This document shows, piece by piece, positions 25,980 to 34,732 of a stretch of 64,000 bases of DNA (position 1 is its first letter; every line of letters begins with the position of its first letter). Both the position numbers and the translations under genes were made by a program. Origin of the DNA: Fibrobacteria bacterium (GTDB lineage Bacteria > Fibrobacterota > Fibrobacteria > UBA11236); contig JADGQO010000135.1 in assembly GCA_017881725.1 (NCBI GenBank), positions 65,807 through 129,806 of the forward strand, read 5' to 3'. The notes under the pieces are model-generated. The model did not search any database and was not told where the DNA came from. It saw only the letters and a program-made list of their open reading frames with translations.

Positions 25980-27182
25980 GTGAAGCCCGCCGATAACGCC
26001 GATTCAATAGCCCAAGAATTTCACCTGAATCCTGATTTCGATTTCTCCCTGACGGGGGCGGAATCCCGATTGGATTCACCGGGGGAATCTTACGTGCATG
26101 AAATGACTTGGCATTTTCTTTTCGCGCCGAGTCCGCGGGATTCCTTAATCGTTTTCAAACCGTTCCCGATGGAATTCATGGAATATCTGCGCGCCAAAAA
26201 CCTGGAGACGCCGCGCATTGTCCTGCACCCGGATTTCACGCCGACCTCGCGATTCGCTCCCTTTGGATGGAATGCGCAAACCAAAAAATTGGCGGCCCGG
26301 TATGATTCACATGGGTCTCAAGTCCGACATCCCGATTTGGATACGATACGCAAGGTAAACTCGCGTGAATTCAGTCTGGGTCTGGAAGGGACATGGAGTG
26401 GGTCCCGATTATTTCGTGAGTGGAACGAATTGGAATTTTTTTTACAAAAATTGGACGTGGACTTCGAGTGGATGGCCAAAGGAATTCACGGGCATGCCGG
26501 AACGGCGAATTTGCATTTCAGAACTAAAAACCGATCCGAAATGGAAAATCAATTCCTGAAGGCCTTGCTGCGCGACCATGACGCACTGGTTTTAGAACCC
26601 TGGCATCAGCGCATAATGGATCTGGCGGTGAACTTCACCGTATCGGAAGGCGGAGAGATTTCCGATTTCCGCGGTCATGAATTGTTGAATTCCCGGGACG
26701 GCGCCTTCCTCGGAATCAAAATTTTTCCGGATCGTATGCCTCCAAATCCTTGGCGCGTCGAGTTGATGGCGTCAGCTCGCAAATTAGGACAGGCCTTGTG
26801 GAGGGAAGGCTATTTTGGCCCCGTCAGCGTGGACGCTTATGTCCATTCGACACCGACTGGCCCGCAGCTGCGCGCTTTGGTGGACGTCAATGCCCGACTC
26901 TCCATGGCCGCCCAGGCCCATGGTTTGGCCAAGCGCATCCCTGACCGTCATTTAATCTGGACTTGGATTAAACCACGTAAATTGCGGCCCCTTTCGGACT
27001 ATGCCGATATGGAGACCAAATTGGGCGTCGCCGCATTCGATCCCATCACGCAAAGGGGTATCCTTCCGGTTTCCCCGATTCGAGCCACGCCGCGACGGAT
27101 CGGCTTTCTGCTTGCCGGACGCGATGAGGATGATTTGCGCAACTTGCAAAACGTGTTCCGAAATAAGTTGGGGCGCGTCTGA
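25980..27182 (+). CDS. Hypothetical protein, possibly ATP-grasp-like fold; start (GTG 25980) uncertain
   Basis: 400 aa. 'GPVSVDAYV' and 'LVDVNARLS' resemble the ATP-grasp hh(E/D)hNxR motif. Its stop overlaps the miaA start (TGATG). There are no confident family motifs. Confidence 0.35.
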   Translation: MKPADNADSIAQEFHLNPDFDFSLTGAESRLDSPGESYVHEMTWHFLFAPSPRDSLIVFKPFPMEFMEYLRAKNLETPRIVLHPDFTPTSRFAPFGWNAQTKKLAARYDSHGSQVRHPDLDTIRKVNSREFSLGLEGTWSGSRLFREWNELEFFLQKLDVDFEWMAKGIHGHAGTANLHFRTKNRSEMENQFLKALLRDHDALVLEPWHQRIMDLAVNFTVSEGGEISDFRGHELLNSRDGAFLGIKIFPDRMPPNPWRVELMASARKLGQALWREGYFGPVSVDAYVHSTPTGPQLRALVDVNARLSMAAQAHGLAKRIPDRHLIWTWIKPRKLRPLSDYADMETKLGVAAFDPITQRGILPVSPIRATPRRIGFLLAGRDEDDLRNLQNVFRNKLGRV

Positions 27183-28132
27183 TGCATCTCATTGTGATCG
27201 GCGGACCCACCGCAACGGGTAAAACCGCCATCGCCGCAGAATTGGCCCATCGCCTAAACGCCGACGTCATCTCAGCGGACTCGCGGCAAGTGTACCGAGG
27301 TCTGGATCTCGGTTCCGGCAAAGACTTGTCTGAATTTTTGCAATACATGCCGCCGGTACGTTATCATTTAATCGATATCGTGAACGCCGATTCCGTTTTT
27401 TCGTTGTACCAATACCAAAGCGCCTGTTATCGGGCCATCGAGAATATCGCTACCCATGGCTCGGGGCGCCGCGACGTGGTTATCCTGGTCGGAGGAACCG
27501 GGATGTATATCGAATCCGTTTTGCGACGTTACCGTATCGCCAATGTTACGGAGAATCCCGCGCTAAGGGCGTCGATGATCGATACGGCTCGCGAGGAATT
27601 GGAGGCGCGGTTGCGCACGGTCGATCCCGAGTTGGCATCCATCACGGATCTGACGAGCAAAAAACGCATCATCCGGGCCCTGGAAATTCACGCGCACGGC
27701 CAAACGCGGCCCATCGAATACAGCGTCCTCCCGGGATTGGATTGGACCTACACTTTATTCATCACCGAATTGGAGCGAAAGGAATCGCGGCGGCGCATCG
27801 ATCAACGCCTGGAAGAGCGGCTGTCCCAGGGCATGGTGGAGGAAGTCCGTGGATTGATGCGGAACGGGATTGGTTTGGAGCGCATGCGATTGCTGGGCAT
27901 GGAATATCGGGAAATCGCCGAGCATCTGGCGGGACTTCGCGATTATCCTTCCATGGTCGAGACGCTGCGGCATCAAATCCATTTGCTCGCGAAAAGGCAG
28001 GAAACTTATTTCCGGGGCATGGCTAGACGAGGATTAACGGTGTATCCTTTGGGAGCCGGTGACGGCGCGGAGCAAATCCTGTCCATGTTGGGAAAGCAAA
28101 ATTTAACCTTTCATCCGGGGACATTTCCGTGA
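27182..28132 (+). CDS. miaA: tRNA dimethylallyltransferase
   Basis: P-loop 'IGGPTATGKTAIA' and 'ISADSRQVYRGLDLGS'. Confidence 0.9.
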   Translation: MHLIVIGGPTATGKTAIAAELAHRLNADVISADSRQVYRGLDLGSGKDLSEFLQYMPPVRYHLIDIVNADSVFSLYQYQSACYRAIENIATHGSGRRDVVILVGGTGMYIESVLRRYRIANVTENPALRASMIDTAREELEARLRTVDPELASITDLTSKKRIIRALEIHAHGQTRPIEYSVLPGLDWTYTLFITELERKESRRRIDQRLEERLSQGMVEEVRGLMRNGIGLERMRLLGMEYREIAEHLAGLRDYPSMVETLRHQIHLLAKRQETYFRGMARRGLTVYPLGAGDGAEQILSMLGKQNLTFHPGTFP

Positions 28133-28566
28133 ATAGCTGCGTTAACGACCCTCTGAATTTCGTGGTCGCGGTCATCATGGATGGACAAGACCGGCTTTTA
28201 CTTCTTAAGCGATCTCCCCTGGCCATGCGCGCGCCTGGTACTTGGGGGTTTGCCGGGGGTCGTATGGAAGCGGGCGAGTCGCCAGACACCGCAATGAGTC
28301 GCGAGTTGGCCGAAGAGATCGGGAGCGATGTGGCGCTGACCTTGTTGGACACCATGGGTCCATTGCCCTCGATCGGAGAGAATCCAGGCAGCGTCCATCT
28401 CTATAAGTATCATTACCAAGGCGGCGCGATTCGCCTAAACCCGGAGCACACCCAATTCCAATGGGTGGATCAAACGGCCTATGCGACCTTCGATTTAATG
28501 CCGGGCGTCGACTTGGATTTAACCTATTTCGGAATCTGGCCGGAGCGTCCACGCAAGCCGGGATGA
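28129..28566 (+). CDS. NUDIX hydrolase
   Basis: Nudix box 'GGRMEAGESPDTAMSRELAEEIG' (GX5EX7REUXEEXGU). Its start overlaps the miaA stop. Confidence 0.8.
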   Translation: MNSCVNDPLNFVVAVIMDGQDRLLLLKRSPLAMRAPGTWGFAGGRMEAGESPDTAMSRELAEEIGSDVALTLLDTMGPLPSIGENPGSVHLYKYHYQGGAIRLNPEHTQFQWVDQTAYATFDLMPGVDLDLTYFGIWPERPRKPG

Positions 28567-28596
28567 CTATATTTCAAAAGTTGTGGAATTGAAAGG

Positions 28597-29499
28597 ATGC
28601 GCATGAACATGGGATCGCACGGGATCGTTCGCTTCGCTTTGTCCGCTTTCGCGGGACTGAGTTTTTGGCAATGCGAAAGAACGGTTGTCTTCGCCCCCAA
28701 GGTGCCCGACTCGGCGCATTTCCGTGATTTTCATCTCGGCACCTATTCCACTAAATACGACGAGGATAAGGAAATCGAGGGAACGATTTTCCAGACCACG
28801 CTTTCCTTCGACTTAAAAAAAGAAAGCGGCGGGTGGCTATGGCACAGGAAACTCGACACGTTGATCGCTCGAGGCTATCATAAATTGTCCATGCCGCATG
28901 AGCTGGAGCGGAAAGTCGATTTGGATTTTCACATGGACGCCTCCATGATCCCGATTCGCATCAACGGATACGACAGCCTCAAGGCCGTTTTAGGCAGGAT
29001 CCAACAAAAGGAAGAGTTTAAAAAAGTCTTGTTGCAGTCCAGCGACACGGCTCATTATCGGGCGGAATGGCGCGACTGGTGGCGGATGAATAATGCGTTG
29101 CCGAAAGGCGTGAAGCTGGAGGCTAAAAAGGCCCTTCCGGTCACAGAGCTCAACAAATCCCTGGAAACCGTAAAAGTGGATTCCGCGCGCTTCGACGGCC
29201 CGCGTCCCCGCTTGAAGCGCACTTGTCTCGATTTCACCTTGTACTACCACCGCACCGATTCCCTGGCATTGTTGGTCGAACAATTCTTTTTCTCCGGAAC
29301 GCAGAATCGGAAATACCGAAAGTATTCCTGGAAGCCAACCGTCGTACAGGGTTTCCTCCAGTATTCGGTCGAGAGATCCACGGGCCTTCCCTGTTTCCAG
29401 TCGAAAACGGAAATGGCCGATATAACCTTGGAATACAAACCGGAGAAGGCCGAAGCGCCCATCCATCTTTACCGGTATGAAGAAGATATTTACGAATAG
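28597..29499 (+). CDS. Hypothetical secreted protein
   Basis: 300 aa with a hydrophobic N-terminus 'GIVRFALSAFAGLSFW'. The SD 'GAAAGGA' favours ATG 28603 over 28597. Confidence 0.4.
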   Translation: MRMNMGSHGIVRFALSAFAGLSFWQCERTVVFAPKVPDSAHFRDFHLGTYSTKYDEDKEIEGTIFQTTLSFDLKKESGGWLWHRKLDTLIARGYHKLSMPHELERKVDLDFHMDASMIPIRINGYDSLKAVLGRIQQKEEFKKVLLQSSDTAHYRAEWRDWWRMNNALPKGVKLEAKKALPVTELNKSLETVKVDSARFDGPRPRLKRTCLDFTLYYHRTDSLALLVEQFFFSGTQNRKYRKYSWKPTVVQGFLQYSVERSTGLPCFQSKTEMADITLEYKPEKAEAPIHLYRYEEDIYE

Positions 29500-29878
29500 T
29501 CGCCTGCTCTTATCCGGTCTGGCGTTGCTCTGTAGCGCTTGCGCTTTCACCGACTACGGGAACCGGATTAATCAGGAACAATTGGATATTGCCCGCATGG
29601 AAGACCGGCGCCACAAATTGGAAACCGAGTACATCATCGTACTGAATAATTTGGAAACCCATCCAACCGAAGATCGGCTGATCAAGGAACGCGACGTCGT
29701 ACGAGAAAAGTTGCGCGATTTAGAGACCCAAATCGAAGAAAAACGGAAGGGTCTCGACCAAAGTTTCCGGGAATGGGAAGAAAAAATCGTACAGGAAAAG
29801 ATTGAGAAGCAAATGGTCGACAAGGAAGTTAAGGAAAACGCCGGCAAAGACGAGGACGTGGAGTTCAATCCGAAATAG
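29477..29878 (+). CDS. Hypothetical lipoprotein with coiled-coil
   Basis: Signal peptide plus lipobox 'LLLSGLALLCSAC', then a Glu/Lys-rich helical region. It overlaps the previous gene by 23 bp. Confidence 0.45.
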   Translation: MKKIFTNSRLLLSGLALLCSACAFTDYGNRINQEQLDIARMEDRRHKLETEYIIVLNNLETHPTEDRLIKERDVVREKLRDLETQIEEKRKGLDQSFREWEEKIVQEKIEKQMVDKEVKENAGKDEDVEFNPK

Positions 29879-29918
29879 GTTCCATACAAAATAGCCGCCA
29901 TTCTAATTAACCGCCGCG

Positions 29919-30698
29919 TTAAATTCCAAAAATCCTCCGCGTATTCGCGCGCGCCTCCGAATAAATTTCATCGACCGATTTGCCTTGCAGTTCCGCCACC
30001 TTTTGAGCGATTAAGGGAATATGCCCCGGATGCGCCGGTTTCCCGCGATGGGGAACAGGCGCCAAGTAAGGTCCGTCCGTTTCCAGGAGAATGCGCGATG
30101 TCGGAGTGGCTTTGACAACTTCCTGAAGCTCCAACGCGTTTTTGAAAGTAATGATTCCCGTAAAACCCAGGCAGAGGTTCGGGAAATCCGCCAAAAGTTT
30201 TTCCGCCATGCCCGGCGAAGAAGTGAAACAATGGACATGGATTTTCCAGTCCTTCGGTAAGTTTGCAGCCATTAAGGCCAAGGTATCTTCTTCGGCTTCC
30301 CGAGTATGGATGACCACCGGCTTGGCGGCCGCCACGGCCTGGAGCAATTGTTTTTCGAATGCGTTGCGTTGCATGGGCCGTTCGGAAAAGTCGTAGTGGT
30401 AATCCAAACCGATTTCGCCCCACGCCACGGTTCGGGTATCTGCCATCGCGAGCGACAACTCTGCTTCGATATCCGCTGAATAGTGTTTCGCGTCATGCGG
30501 ATGAATTCCAAAGGCGCCATAGACGCCCTCGTTTCGCATCAACTTGCGCAAGGGTCCAAAGGCTTGCGCATCGCAAGCGATACTGATACAGCCGCCGAAA
30601 TTGGAAGGAAAATACCGCGATTTCAGGTCCGCGTATTCAGTTAGGCCGAGTTTGCTGAGGATGCTGTCCAGATGGCAATGCGTATCGATGAAGTCCAT
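29919..30698 (-). CDS. tatD: TatD-family metal-dependent hydrolase/DNase
   Basis: 'MDFIDTHCHLD', 'GEIGLDYH' and 'IHTREAEEDT' are TatD metal-ligand motifs. Confidence 0.85.
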   Translation of the reverse strand: MDFIDTHCHLDSILSKLGLTEYADLKSRYFPSNFGGCISIACDAQAFGPLRKLMRNEGVYGAFGIHPHDAKHYSADIEAELSLAMADTRTVAWGEIGLDYHYDFSERPMQRNAFEKQLLQAVAAAKPVVIHTREAEEDTLALMAANLPKDWKIHVHCFTSSPGMAEKLLADFPNLCLGFTGIITFKNALELQEVVKATPTSRILLETDGPYLAPVPHRGKPAHPGHIPLIAQKVAELQGKSVDEIYSEARANTRRIFGI

Positions 30699-30775
30699 GC
30701 GGGAAAGATATATTTATCCCTTTCCGCGCAAGGAATCCGACGGTCGGCTCTAAGTGAACAAGACTACTTGGACTA

Positions 30776-30800
30776 CCGGCCGGACCCAGGGTCCGGCCGG
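30776..30800. promoter_or_regulatory. Perfect 12-bp GC-rich palindrome CCGGCCGGACCC-a-GGGTCCGGCCGG in the divergent tatD/ridA intergenic region
   Basis: Read directly from the sequence, and it is followed by a partial third copy, 'ACCCTG'. It lies in the 5' region of both genes and not at a 3' end, so it is more likely an operator or 5'-UTR structure than a terminator. Confidence 0.4.
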
Positions 30801-30837
30801 ACCCTGCGAAACTTCTGACCCGAAAGGCAGGAATGAA

Positions 30838-31302
30838 ATGGACACGATCGCTGCTAGACTCGCTTCCCTGGGCCTTAAATTGCCGGCTACACCGGCGCCG
30901 CAGGGTTCGTATATCCCCGCCGTGCGAACGGGAAATCTGGTTTTCGTGTCGGGGCAATTGCCCATCCGCGATGGCGTGCTGCTTTTTAAGGGCAAGGTCG
31001 GCGCCGATTTGGACATCGCGCAGGCCCAAGAGGCATCGACCATTTGTTTCCTGAACGCTTTGGCCGCCCTGGGTACCGCAGGTGTTACTCCGGAGCAAGT
31101 CAAACGCGTGGTTCGCTTGGGAGGATTCGTGCAGGGCGTAGACGGTTTTTCGGATCAACCCAAGGTCGTCAACGGGGCATCGGATCTAGCCAAAAAAATA
31201 TTCGGGGAGGCGGGTGTGCACGCGCGAGCGGCCGTAGGAGTACACTCCTTGCCGCTGAACGCCGCAGTGGAAATAGACGCCGTTTTTGAAGTAACTGATT
31301 AA
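30838..31302 (+). CDS. ridA: RidA/YjgF family reactive-intermediate deaminase
   Basis: 'GNLVFVSGQLP' and the C-terminal 'RAAVGVHSLPLNAAVEIDAVFEV' fit the family. ATG 30838 has an AAGGCAGGA SD. The track ORF from 30754 is an extension. Confidence 0.8.
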   Translation: MDTIAARLASLGLKLPATPAPQGSYIPAVRTGNLVFVSGQLPIRDGVLLFKGKVGADLDIAQAQEASTICFLNALAALGTAGVTPEQVKRVVRLGGFVQGVDGFSDQPKVVNGASDLAKKIFGEAGVHARAAVGVHSLPLNAAVEIDAVFEVTD

Positions 31303-31315
31303 CGGCACTTAGCCG

Positions 31316-31732
31316 TCAGCAAAATTTGTCGAAGGCCTCGACCAATTCTTGCGCGATTTCCTGGGCGCCGCGTCCGGAAATATTATGGCGCTCCAGCATG
31401 AACACGATATCGCCATCCTTGAACAAGGCGATTTGGGGCGACGACGGCTGATATCCGACGAAATAGGATCGCGCACGGGCGGTCGCTTCGGCATCGTTTC
31501 CGGCGAATACAGTAATCGCGTCATCCGGTAGCTTTTCATGGCGCAGGGCCATGGTGATTGCAGGACGGGCATTGGCCGCAGCACAACCGCATACGGAGTT
31601 GACGACCACCAAGGTCGTACCTTTTTGATTGGACAAATGTTCATCGACCTGCGTGGCCGTCCGGGTTTCGTGGATGCCCAATTCAGTAAGTTCTTGGCGC
31701 ATGGGCGCGACCAGCATTTCATCGTACATCAT
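31316..31732 (-). CDS. Bacilliredoxin (BrxA/BrxB, DUF1094/YphP family) with CGC redox motif
   Basis: 138 aa. 'TTLVVVNSVCGCAAANARP' is the CGC active site of the YphP/YqiW family. Confidence 0.75.
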   Translation of the reverse strand: MMYDEMLVAPMRQELTELGIHETRTATQVDEHLSNQKGTTLVVVNSVCGCAAANARPAITMALRHEKLPDDAITVFAGNDAEATARARSYFVGYQPSSPQIALFKDGDIVFMLERHNISGRGAQEIAQELVEAFDKFC

Positions 31733-31965
31733 GTTTTTTTCCTCGGTTCAAAGTGACACGGACCCTAATTTGGCCCGCTTCAGGCTTGAGCTAATTGTAT
31801 ACTAAATTTGTAGATAATATAAAAAATTATCCTCCTTTCCGCACCTAACCGCAGTTGCAAAAATATCCGACACTTCTCGTGGGAAATCCCCTAATTTGAA
31901 AATGATCGGAAAAAATGCGTCGATGCATCTTTTATTTTGACGAATAAGATCATATCCTTCCCGCC

Positions 31966-33765
31966 ATGCCAACCGCGGCATTTCATTCTTGGCTAATAGC
32001 AACCTGCTTAATGCTCCATGCAACATGGAGTGCGACGACTACGTCTATAAACTTGGTGAGGGAGGATTTCAGCGAAGCAACGGATTCCCTTTGGCATTTC
32101 CAGTCCGCAGCATACCGTGACGGCGTATTGAGTCCGGGACGAGAGGCGAGCATTCCAGGGATTGGGCCGAGCACCGGGCAGCTTCACATCGATCGGAGCG
32201 CTAAAGGCCTGATTTTCACTCCTAGGTTTCTTCACAATTCATTCCGATCATGCTTTTTAGCCTACCGGAACGATTTCCGCATGGAGTCGGTTTATGCAAG
32301 TCATGTCCGCGTTGAGTTCCAGGAAAACCTGGTCGATCCCGCGCAGGACGATTCGTTGGGCGGTTTATTCCTGCTCATCAAATTCGAAGGGGAGGCAGGA
32401 TATCACGGATTGATTCGGACCACCTCAAAGGTGCGGGGCGGGAAATCCTACAATCTGGATACTTGTCAATTCATCGGTGTGAATACAGGCGATTGGCTGA
32501 GTCAGCAAAAAGTTGAACCGGATGTTCGCGAGTTTGCGCTGGGGCATATTTCCGGGGTCGGGTTCTTTTATATCTCGGGTGAAAACGGATCCGCCGCGAC
32601 AAAATCCTTACAGGTTGGATCAGTTCACGCCAAAGGCGATTTAAATTGGCCGCGCTTGGATGGTAAAACGGAAAATGTCCATGTCCGAGCTGGCGATACA
32701 GTGACCTTACGGTGGGATTTCCCCTCGGGATTGCCAGCTAAATTCCACTGGTTCCGAAATGAAAAACCGGTCCAGGATGCGCAGGGTCCGGTGTACCGAT
32801 ATACGCCTTCCAAAGAAAATATTATGACGCATGTATTCCGCGCGGAAGCCACGCTCGAAAACGGGCAATTGATCCCCATGGGCGATTTCCGGGTTCAAGT
32901 CGTCAGATCGGCGGCGCCGGTGATCCGTATGCAATCCGGCGATACCTCCGTTCCGATCGGTGGCGACGTCATTTTTAGGATTAAGGCCGAAGGCATGGAG
33001 CCCTTGGCACTTCAATGGTTTAGAAACGCCAAACCCATTGTGGGTGCGAAACAAATCTTGTACACGTTCGAGCCAACTTCCATCAATGAGGGAGGCCAGT
33101 ACTATTGTGAAGTTACCGATCGACAGGGTCTTGTCGCCCGCAGCCGGCAGGTTGGATTGATCATAAAGCCGGGGCCCGGCGCGGACGGTTGGTTGCCGGA
33201 GGGATTTTCCGTATCCGCTAAAGTAGGGGTTAATCTCTCGGATTATTATCGAGATGAATCCGGACTCCCGGCGAGCGAGTTCCAATTCAATTATTTCCAT
33301 GCCGGATTGCAAGCAGATTGGCTGTTCAGACCGGCGGTCGGATTGCAGGCGGACTTGCTCTTCGTCCGGAAATCCGTTGGGCGCACCTATTCGGATCACT
33401 CCGCTTTATTGTTAATGAATACCCTGGAATCGCCCTTGCTTGTTAAAATCCGGCTCGTGAAGAGTATGCCGAAAACGCCGTTGTATGCTCTCATAGGCGG
33501 ATATGCCGCCTACGTTTTGAGCGCGGACATGGAAAATGATTGGGGATCTTGGAAAACCTCCGGGCCCGCCGACGGTTATGCCAGTTGGGATTACGGACCA
33601 ACTGTGGGAATGTCCTGGCAAATCGGAGTCCTATCCTTGGAATGGCGGTATTCACTGGGCCTTGCGGATCTGGGCGGTGGAAATGGAACAGGCCAAATGA
33701 TGATGGGCGCGGTTTCCGGGACGATTGGCTTCAGTCTTTTTTCCGCGCAAGACTCGGCGAGGTAG
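31966..33765 (+). CDS. Secreted protein with two Ig-like (I-set-like) domains and a C-terminal beta-barrel-like region
   Basis: It has a signal peptide. Two domains each carry 'WFRN(E/A)KP' and the second a 'GGQYYCEV' Ig signature. The C-terminal third has alternating aromatic/Gly strands ('WLFRPAVGLQADLLFV', 'EWRYSLGLADLGGG'). Confidence 0.6.
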   Translation: MPTAAFHSWLIATCLMLHATWSATTTSINLVREDFSEATDSLWHFQSAAYRDGVLSPGREASIPGIGPSTGQLHIDRSAKGLIFTPRFLHNSFRSCFLAYRNDFRMESVYASHVRVEFQENLVDPAQDDSLGGLFLLIKFEGEAGYHGLIRTTSKVRGGKSYNLDTCQFIGVNTGDWLSQQKVEPDVREFALGHISGVGFFYISGENGSAATKSLQVGSVHAKGDLNWPRLDGKTENVHVRAGDTVTLRWDFPSGLPAKFHWFRNEKPVQDAQGPVYRYTPSKENIMTHVFRAEATLENGQLIPMGDFRVQVVRSAAPVIRMQSGDTSVPIGGDVIFRIKAEGMEPLALQWFRNAKPIVGAKQILYTFEPTSINEGGQYYCEVTDRQGLVARSRQVGLIIKPGPGADGWLPEGFSVSAKVGVNLSDYYRDESGLPASEFQFNYFHAGLQADWLFRPAVGLQADLLFVRKSVGRTYSDHSALLLMNTLESPLLVKIRLVKSMPKTPLYALIGGYAAYVLSADMENDWGSWKTSGPADGYASWDYGPTVGMSWQIGVLSLEWRYSLGLADLGGGNGTGQMMMGAVSGTIGFSLFSAQDSAR

Positions 33766-33958
33766 AGAGTTCGATGTCGATGATGGATTTTCAGGGAAAC
33801 TCAACCGCAGTCCGAAGCAGCTGGGACAGAAACGCCGCCCTAGAAGCGGAAGAATCTTTGCCGCAAACCCTAACACTTACTGGGAAACACCTTTGAACCT
33901 GAAGGTAGTGAGCGGCTTACGTGCAGGGCACGGAAACCGTAAAGGAATGGGGAGGGGC

Positions 33959-34354
33959 ATGCAATTGTTGACGCGAATCTCGTTAGGCTTGCTATTGGCT
34001 CTGGCTTCGAACTCCAATGTTAGCGCGGGTGTGGTGACAGTCTGGGGCGAAGAGGTTAACCCCGCGCTCGGAGCAAAGATTCTGATCAACAACTTTTACA
34101 ATAGTTTGCCGGGAACTAGTTCATTGATAGCCAACGGCGATTTGACAACGGTCGACTTGACGACCACCAATTTATTATGGGCCACCCAATCCGCAGACGA
34201 TTATACCCCTGCCGAACTCGCCAAGATGGCGAGTTTCGTGGCTTCGGGCGGTCGCATCGCATTCATGGGGGGAACATGGCCAAATCGCCCCCAGCCAGAA
34301 TCTCCGCATCAATGCCGCATTGGCATATTTAGGAAGCAGCATTACGATCAATAA
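33959..34354 (+). CDS. Small secreted hypothetical protein (131 aa)
   Basis: ATG 33959 has a GGAGGGG SD and a signal peptide 'MQLLTRISLGLLLALASNSNVSA'. The track ORF from 33725 is an extension. Confidence 0.35.
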   Translation: MQLLTRISLGLLLALASNSNVSAGVVTVWGEEVNPALGAKILINNFYNSLPGTSSLIANGDLTTVDLTTTNLLWATQSADDYTPAELAKMASFVASGGRIAFMGGTWPNRPQPESPHQCRIGIFRKQHYDQ

Positions 34355-34732
34355 TCTCGGCTTTGGCATTTCAAAGCCGCAGCCTATAGGGACGGCGTTC
34401 TCAGCCCCGGCCAGCAAGCCGAAATCCCCGGAAGTGGACCCGCAACCGGTCAGTTGGGGATCGATCCGGAAGTCGCTCGCCTTCGCTTCATCCCGAAGCG
34501 TTTGCATAACGCCTTTCGCTCCTGTTTCCTGGCATCCCGGAATGACTTCCGCGCCGATTCGGTTTTTGCTTCTCACGTATAGGTTAATATCGCCGAAAAG
34601 CTGGTGGTTCCGGCATCCGATGATTCCATGGACGGGCTGTATATCATGATCCTATACGAATCCGAAATGGGATTCCAGGCGATGGCCAGAACCTTGGTTA
34701 AAGTAAAGCAAAATGCGGAGCAATAGCAGGCA

